Of a DNA stretch of 64,000 nucleotides, positions 58,571 through 64,000 are shown piece after piece (the first letter of the stretch is position 1; every line of letters begins with the position of its first letter). The position numbers were made by a program, and so were the translations under genes. The notes beneath the pieces are model-generated. The model was not told where the DNA came from. It was given only the letters and a program-made list of their open reading frames with translations, and ran no database searches. Source of the stretch: Nannocystis bainbridge (GTDB lineage: Bacteria > Myxococcota_A > Polyangia > Nannocystales > Nannocystaceae); assembly GCF_028368995.1 (NCBI RefSeq), contig NZ_JAQNDL010000003.1, positions 160,001 to 224,000 of the forward strand. Direction: 5' to 3'.

Positions 58571-59944
58571 ATGCGATCCCTTCGCGCCCTCTATTGCTTC
58601 GCCATCCTTTTACCCGCGTGCCCTGGTCCGACCTCGGCCACCTCGGCCAGCGCTTCCGGCGACGGCTCGACCACCGATGCGACCGGCGATCCGACCGCCG
58701 GTTCGACCAGCGATGACCCCACCGGCGGGGATACCGAGCAGTCCGTCGATCCGGTCGACCTCGCCTGCGACCTCATGCGCGAGGCGTGCGAGCGGCAGGT
58801 CGCGTGCGGACACGCGATCGTCAACAACAACCCCGGCAGCGTCGATGACTGCCTCGCGGAGCAGCGGTGCGAGACTGTCGGCGAGCTGCTCGACTTGCCG
58901 AACATCGAGCTCGACCCCGACGCCGTGGAGGCGTGCATCGCGGCGCTCGCGGCCGCGAGCTGCGGCGAACTCGTCACGCACGGGCTGGGGAGCGATCCGA
59001 GCTGCTCGCGGTACCTCGCCGGCACGCTCGGCGAGGGCGAGGCCTGCCACGGCGGTACCGTCTCCGACTGCGCGCCGGGCCTGTCCTGCGTGTTCGAGGG
59101 CGACGCTTGCCCGGGCACCTGCGTGGCCCCGCCCGCGCCTTGCAGCGAGGGATCGTGCGGCGCCGACGCGTTCTGCGCCGTGGACGGCACGTGCCAGCCT
59201 CGGGCCGCGCTCGGCGAGGCGTGCGACGAGACGAAGATCGACTTCGACAACCTGAGCGAACGGGCTTGCGCGGCCGGGAGTCATTGCGAGGAGTCCGTCT
59301 GCGTTGCCGACCTCGGCGCCGGCGCGCAGTGCGGCGGACTGGACGTGCACGCTTGCGGCGACGGGGCGTGCGTGTGCGCCGATCTCGCGAATTGCGACGA
59401 GCCGGCCGATTTCACCTGCAGGCCCGCGCTCGGGGCGACGGGCGAGCCGTGCTCGACCGCCTTCGATTGCGTCGAGGGCCTCTATTGCGACTTCTACGGC
59501 GGGAACCGCTGCGCCCCGCGCGGGGAGCGAGGCGAGGCGTGCAACGAATCGTTCGGCGCCTGCCTCCATTCGCTCGTGTGCGTCGACGGGACATGCGCCG
59601 ACGAACAGGCGAGCGTCACCGAGGTGCCCTTGCTCGCGGAGCACGAGAGCTGCATCGGCGGCGGCTCCTGCCCACTCGGCACGGCGTGCACTTGCGACGA
59701 CGCGGACTGCGTCGACAAGCACTGCCTGCCGGCGCCCGGCCTCGGGGAGAGCTGCGCTGCGCAGGACCTCGACGGTTTCGCCTGCTCCGAGGGCCTGTGC
59801 GACATCCTCGCTAGCCACACCTGCGTGCGCCCGGGCGCCGCGGGGGAGGCCTGCCCCGTGGACGGCTTGACCTTCGCCTGCGCCTCGCTCGTCTGCGTCG
59901 AGGGCCATTGCGCATCCATGGCGCAGACGCTCTGCCAGGAGTGA
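58571..59944 (+). CDS. Cys-rich repeat lipoprotein
   Basis: Lipobox LLPAC and repeated GE.C...C..GL.C....C modules. Confidence 0.88.
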   Translation: MRSLRALYCFAILLPACPGPTSATSASASGDGSTTDATGDPTAGSTSDDPTGGDTEQSVDPVDLACDLMREACERQVACGHAIVNNNPGSVDDCLAEQRCETVGELLDLPNIELDPDAVEACIAALAAASCGELVTHGLGSDPSCSRYLAGTLGEGEACHGGTVSDCAPGLSCVFEGDACPGTCVAPPAPCSEGSCGADAFCAVDGTCQPRAALGEACDETKIDFDNLSERACAAGSHCEESVCVADLGAGAQCGGLDVHACGDGACVCADLANCDEPADFTCRPALGATGEPCSTAFDCVEGLYCDFYGGNRCAPRGERGEACNESFGACLHSLVCVDGTCADEQASVTEVPLLAEHESCIGGGSCPLGTACTCDDADCVDKHCLPAPGLGESCAAQDLDGFACSEGLCDILASHTCVRPGAAGEACPVDGLTFACASLVCVEGHCASMAQTLCQE

Positions 59945-60107
59945 CGATCGTTCGGGCTCGCCAAGTCGAGGAGCAGTCGTCGGCGTCCGAGAGCGAATCG
60001 TCCACGCCGACCATTGCCCTCGACATCGAGCAAACCAAGCTCCGCGTTCTCCGCCCTGCAGGCGATCGACGCCCGCCTCGCGTCCTCGCGGTGCTACGCT
60101 CGGCGCC

Positions 60108-61322
60108 ATGCTGTTCGAGCCGGAGCGCCACGAGCCACTGACCACGACGGCCTGGGACCCCGAGCGGGCCCGTGCCGCCGTGCGCACGATCGTCGCCGAC
60201 CTCGCCGCCAACTTCGATCCCGCCGCCTTTTGGCCCGAGCACCCGCTCGACGTCGACGGCCCCTCTCCTGCCGGTGGTTGTTATAAATCACTCTACCTCG
60301 GCGCCGCCGGCGTGCTGTGGGCTCTGTGGTGCCTCGCACGCGAGGGCGCGGCCGACCTGCCGTTCGCCCCCGAGGATCACATCGCTCGCGTCCACGCCGC
60401 TTATCTCGCCGCGCCCGACGTCGGCGAGGTCGTGCCCTCCTATTATCTCGGCGAGGTCGGCATCCTGCTCGTCCAGTGGAAGCTGACGCGCGAGCCCGCC
60501 GCCGCCGAGCGGCTCCACGCTGCCATCACCGCCAACATCCCCAACCCCACCCACGAGGCGCTGTGGGCCGCGCCGGGCACCATGCTCGGCGCCTGGCACA
60601 TGTTCCAGTGGACAGGTGAGCCGCGCTGGCGCGAGCTGTTCCTCGCCAACGTCGAGCAGCTATGGCGGACCTGGACCCCGAGCGACGACGCCACGCATCA
60701 CCTGTGGACGCAGGACATGTACGGCCACGTCTACCGCTTCATCGGCGCCGGCCACGGCTTCGCCGGCAACGTCTACCCGCTGCTGCGCGCCCGCGAGTGG
60801 CTCGCGCCCGAGCGACGCGAGCAGCTCTACGCGCGCTGCGTCGAGGCCCTGCGCCACACTGCGAGGATCGAAGGCGACGCCGCCAACTGGCCGCCGGAGT
60901 TCGGCCCGCCGCGACCTGGGCCCGAGAAGCTGCTCCTCCAGTGGTGTCATGGCGCCCCGGGCATCATCACCGCGGTGAACGAATTCCCCGCCGGCCAGTC
61001 CGCCGAGATGGACGCGCTGCTGCTCGCCGCCGGTCAGGCCACCTGGAACGCCGGCCCGCTGCGCAAGGGCGCCGGCCTGTGTCACGGCACCGCGGGCAAC
61101 GGCTACGCCTTCCTCAAGCTGCATCGGCGCACCGGCGATGCGCAGTGGCTCGCGCGCGCCCGGGCGTTCGCTATGCACGCGATCGGCCAGAGCGAGCGCA
61201 TGCGTCAGGACCACGGCCGCGGCCGCTACACCCTGTGGACCGGCGATCCAGGGGTCGCCCTTTACGTGTGGCATTGCCTTCACGAGCGCCACGACCTGCC
61301 GAGCCTCGACAGCTTCGATTGA
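60108..61322 (+). CDS. Stand-alone lanthionine synthetase C-like (LanCL) protein
   Basis: GAGHGFAG, QWCHGAPG and GLCHGTAG zinc-site motifs. Confidence 0.92.
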   Translation: MLFEPERHEPLTTTAWDPERARAAVRTIVADLAANFDPAAFWPEHPLDVDGPSPAGGCYKSLYLGAAGVLWALWCLAREGAADLPFAPEDHIARVHAAYLAAPDVGEVVPSYYLGEVGILLVQWKLTREPAAAERLHAAITANIPNPTHEALWAAPGTMLGAWHMFQWTGEPRWRELFLANVEQLWRTWTPSDDATHHLWTQDMYGHVYRFIGAGHGFAGNVYPLLRAREWLAPERREQLYARCVEALRHTARIEGDAANWPPEFGPPRPGPEKLLLQWCHGAPGIITAVNEFPAGQSAEMDALLLAAGQATWNAGPLRKGAGLCHGTAGNGYAFLKLHRRTGDAQWLARARAFAMHAIGQSERMRQDHGRGRYTLWTGDPGVALYVWHCLHERHDLPSLDSFD

Positions 61323-61331
61323 CGCGCTCCC

Positions 61332-62015
61332 TCATCCACGCGCCGCCGACGATCGCCGACCCGACCCGCGCCTCGCCTGCAGCGATTCTGCCACCACCGC
61401 CAGGTCGGCCACGAACCTCGCCATCTCTGCCCGCCGATCGTCCGCCGTCGGCTGGCGCAGGATCGACGACGGATGCACCGTCGCCAGCACCTGCGGCACG
61501 CGTTCGTCGGCCAGCAGTCGCCCGCGCATCGTCGTCACCCGGAACGCCCGCCCCAGCAGCGCCTGCGCCGCGGTCGCGCCCAGGCACACCAGCACCTCCG
61601 GACGGATGAGCTCGATCTCCTGCTCGAGCCACGGCAGGCACGCCTTCACCTCGCGCGCCCCCGGCTTCTTGTGCAGCCGCCGGCTGCCGCGGCGCTCCCA
61701 TTTGAAGTGCTTGACCACGTTCGTCACGTAGGCGTCGTCGCGGGCGATCCCCGCCTGCTCGAGCGCCTCGTCGAGCACGCGGCCCGCGGGGCCGACGAAC
61801 GGCTCGCCGGCGATGTCCTCGTCGTTGCCGGGCTGTTCGCCGACCAGCATCACCCGGGCGCCGCTGGGTCCGGCGCCGAACACCGTCTGCGTCGCGTCGC
61901 GGTAGAGCGGGCAGCCGTGGCAGCCACGCGCCGCCGACCGCAGGTTCGGCAGCGACAGCCGCTGCGGGAGAAAATCCCGGGCGCTGCCCGTCACCTCGTC
62001 GTCGTCGTCGTGCAT
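61332..62015 (-). CDS. udgX: UdgX uracil-DNA-binding protein (family 4 UDG)
   Basis: CHGCPL (Fe-S), GEQPG, TNVVKHFKW, R-loop RGSRRLHKKP, HPSSILR. Confidence 0.92.
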   Translation of the reverse strand: MHDDDDEVTGSARDFLPQRLSLPNLRSAARGCHGCPLYRDATQTVFGAGPSGARVMLVGEQPGNDEDIAGEPFVGPAGRVLDEALEQAGIARDDAYVTNVVKHFKWERRGSRRLHKKPGAREVKACLPWLEQEIELIRPEVLVCLGATAAQALLGRAFRVTTMRGRLLADERVPQVLATVHPSSILRQPTADDRRAEMARFVADLAVVAESLQARRGSGRRSSAARG

Positions 62016-62111
62016 GCGGGCAGTGTGGTGCAGATTGCCACGATGCGCTTTTCCGCGCCTCACCTTTATCGGCGCGCGTGCTCGCCGGAGATCCGGTGCT
62101 ACATAGCGGCC

Positions 62112-62321
62112 ATGCTCGCGCTCGTCGCATTCGTGCAATCGCTGGCCTGTCCCGATTGCGCCCCCGTCCGCGCCGCCCGCACCGCGATCGCCGCCGACCC
62201 GGACCGCTGGTTGTACGCCCTCGGCGTCGCCGCCCCGTTCCTGGTCGCCTCGGCGGTGATCGCTCTGGTGTATCGCCTCGGCCGCGGCGAGCCGAGCCGG
62301 GAGGTCACGCGATGGCGATGA
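62112..62321 (+). CDS. Small membrane protein with CxxC
   Basis: MLALVAFVQSLACPDCAPV...TM helix. Overlaps the start of the DUF2243 gene. Confidence 0.6.
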   Translation: MLALVAFVQSLACPDCAPVRAARTAIAADPDRWLYALGVAAPFLVASAVIALVYRLGRGEPSREVTRWR

Positions 62322-62779
62322 ATTCACAGCATGACGGGCCCCTGATCGCCGCCGGCATCGCGCTCGGCGTCGGCCTCGGCGGGTTCGTCGACGGCATCCT
62401 GCTGCATCAATTGTTGCAGTGGCACAACATGCTCAGCGCCAGGCTCCCGCCGGACAACCTGGTGGCGATGAAGATCAACATGATGTGGGACGGCCTGTTC
62501 CACGTGTTGACCTGGCTGATGACCGTCGTCGGTCTGGCCCTGCTGTGGCGCGCCGGCGGCCGCGAGGACGTGCCGTGGCGCGGGCGCACCCTGCTCGGCG
62601 GCCTCGCGCTCGGCTGGGGCCTCTTCAACTTCGTCGAGGGCCTCATCGATCACCAGATCCTCGATCTCCACCACGTCCACCCCGGCGCCTACGAGCTGGC
62701 CTGGGACCTCGGGTTCCTCGGCTCGGGCCTGCTCGGCATCGCCCTCGGCATCGCCCTCGTCTGCCCGACGCGCCGCTGA
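62312..62779 (+). CDS. DUF2243 family membrane protein
   Basis: GGFVDGILLHQLLQWHNM, WDGLFH, EGLIDHQILDLHHV. GGAGG RBS. Confidence 0.9.
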   Translation: MAMNSQHDGPLIAAGIALGVGLGGFVDGILLHQLLQWHNMLSARLPPDNLVAMKINMMWDGLFHVLTWLMTVVGLALLWRAGGREDVPWRGRTLLGGLALGWGLFNFVEGLIDHQILDLHHVHPGAYELAWDLGFLGSGLLGIALGIALVCPTRR

Positions 62780-62999
62780 GCGCGCTCGCCTTCCGGTCCC
62801 TCTGCCCGCGCTCGCCGGAGCGCGGGTACGATGATTCGAACCGGGCTCTGCCGCCGAGTGCCATGAATGTGAACGAGCCCGACCGGGCTCGTCCGGGTCC
62901 GACGATTCGCACCTCGGGATCGCGTGGCCCGCCGACCTCGACTTCACCGCGACGCGGCGAGCTCGGCCTTCGCCCGCTCGCCGCTCATGACGGTCGCGT

Positions 63000-63386
63000 T
63001 CACCGCCGCTTCGCCGCGGTCCGCTTGGCCGTCTTCTTGCTCGCCTTCTTGCTCGCCTTTTTGCCGGCCTTCTTGCTGGTCTTCTTGGCCCCGCTCGCGG
63101 CCTTGCGCCGGCGCGTCTCCCAGCCCTTCTTGGCCGCCTCGCTGCGCTTCTTGGCCGACTGGCTGCTGCCGCCGATCCGGCCGCCCTTGCGCGACGACGA
63201 GCGGCTGACCTTTTTGCCGCGGCCGCTCCCGGACTTCTTGCCGCCGCCCGTCTCCTTGTTGACGGTGGCCCAGGCCCGGCTCTCGGCCTCTTCTTCGCCG
63301 ACGCCGCGCTTCTTGTAGCTCTCCTCGATGTGCTCGGCCTGGCGCTTCTGTTTGTCGGTGTAACTGTCCTTGCTTCCGCGTGCCAT
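63000..63386 (-). CDS. Small basic protein ('plasmid stabilization'/stress family) with histone-H1-like K/A tail
   Basis: YTDKQKRQAEHIEESY...RAWATVNKETGGG, then KKA repeats. AAGGAG RBS. Confidence 0.85.
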   Translation of the reverse strand: MARGSKDSYTDKQKRQAEHIEESYKKRGVGEEEAESRAWATVNKETGGGKKSGSGRGKKVSRSSSRKGGRIGGSSQSAKKRSEAAKKGWETRRRKAASGAKKTSKKAGKKASKKASKKTAKRTAAKRR

Positions 63387-63496
63387 CGTGGGTCTCCTTC
63401 AGCCGATTCGCTCGAGAAGGTGGCACACACGCGGGCCGCGGCAACACCCGGCCCGACGTTCGGGCGCGACCGATCGCGGCCGTGCGGGACGACCGA

Positions 63497-64000
63497 TCAG
63501 AAATCGACCCCGCAGCACTCGCTGGCCGCCGCGTTCAACGCCGCCGCGTCCTGCCCGGCGCACAGGCCCCGATCGGGGCAGCTGGCGAACTCCTGCTCGC
63601 CGTCGTGGCAGCGACACGTGCCCCCGGAGCAGACGAACGACACTCCGAGCACGTCCGGACATTCGACGAGCGTCGTGCACTGGTCGGGGGCGATGAAATC
63701 GGGGGCGACGAGGCAGTCCCCGCAGCGGACCAGGTAGTTGGCGCCCTCGATGAAGCACGGGGTGTCCGAGTGCAGGTCCACCGAGGCGAGCCCGTCGCAG
63801 TCGAGCGCCGCGCGACAGTCGTTCCAGGCGGTCGCGCTGCACAGGCACGCTGGCGTGTCCTTGACCAGGCGGTCCTGGCCGCAGCTCGTCGCGCAGGCCG
63901 CCGGATCGACCTCGGGGTCGCACCCGCCGAAGACCTCGCACAGCGACGCGCACGACGCCTCGAAGTCGGCCTTCTCGAGGTCGCACAGCGGCTCGCCGGT
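63497..64000 (-). CDS. Cys-rich secreted protein (5' end beyond window)
   Basis: Open frame to the window end: ...SCASLCEVFGGCDP...DTPACLCSATAWNDCRAALDC...CTTLVEC...GTCRC...SECCGVDF. Confidence 0.8.
   Translation of the reverse strand, partial: TGEPLCDLEKADFEASCASLCEVFGGCDPEVDPAACATSCGQDRLVKDTPACLCSATAWNDCRAALDCDGLASVDLHSDTPCFIEGANYLVRCGDCLVAPDFIAPDQCTTLVECPDVLGVSFVCSGGTCRCHDGEQEFASCPDRGLCAGQDAAALNAAASECCGVDF

Noticed and set aside
58571-61322. Lanthipeptide cluster with the Cys-rich protein as LanC substrate
   Set aside because: The Cys-rich protein is a 457-aa exported lipoprotein, and there is no dehydratase, leader peptide or transporter.

Overview
Very GC-rich bacterial DNA. Its many lipoproteins with S/T/G/D-rich linkers, Cys-rich secreted proteins and a PAS-STAS protein point to a myxobacterium, most like Nannocystis (inferred from gene style, not from a search). 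I support about 48 CDSs and found no rRNA, tRNA, CRISPR array or transposase. The main contents are a thioester-bearing alpha-2-macroglobulin, a divergent pair of receiver-roadblock fusion genes, and a compact two-gene BGC: an MDR reductase plus a single NRPS-PKS, A(Ser-like)-T-C-A(Pro)-T-KS-AT-ACP-TE. Also present are an aeRF1-like protein lacking the catalytic Gln and a protease/VCBS/Cys-rich lipoprotein operon. A 41-51 kb stretch encodes secreted proteins with eukaryote-like domains: a fungal TOS1-like glucanase with a substituted active site, an APCDD1-like lipoprotein beside a divergent LysR, a 6x47-aa repeat lipoprotein, and a DBH/PHM-like copper monooxygenase beside a PLP decarboxylase. 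A stand-alone LanC-like protein and UdgX lie near the end. A dispersed intergenic palindrome, ATGTCY-N4-RGACAT, recurs at six or more loci, sometimes chained with a 14-bp period. All family assignments come from motif recognition by eye and need HMM confirmation.
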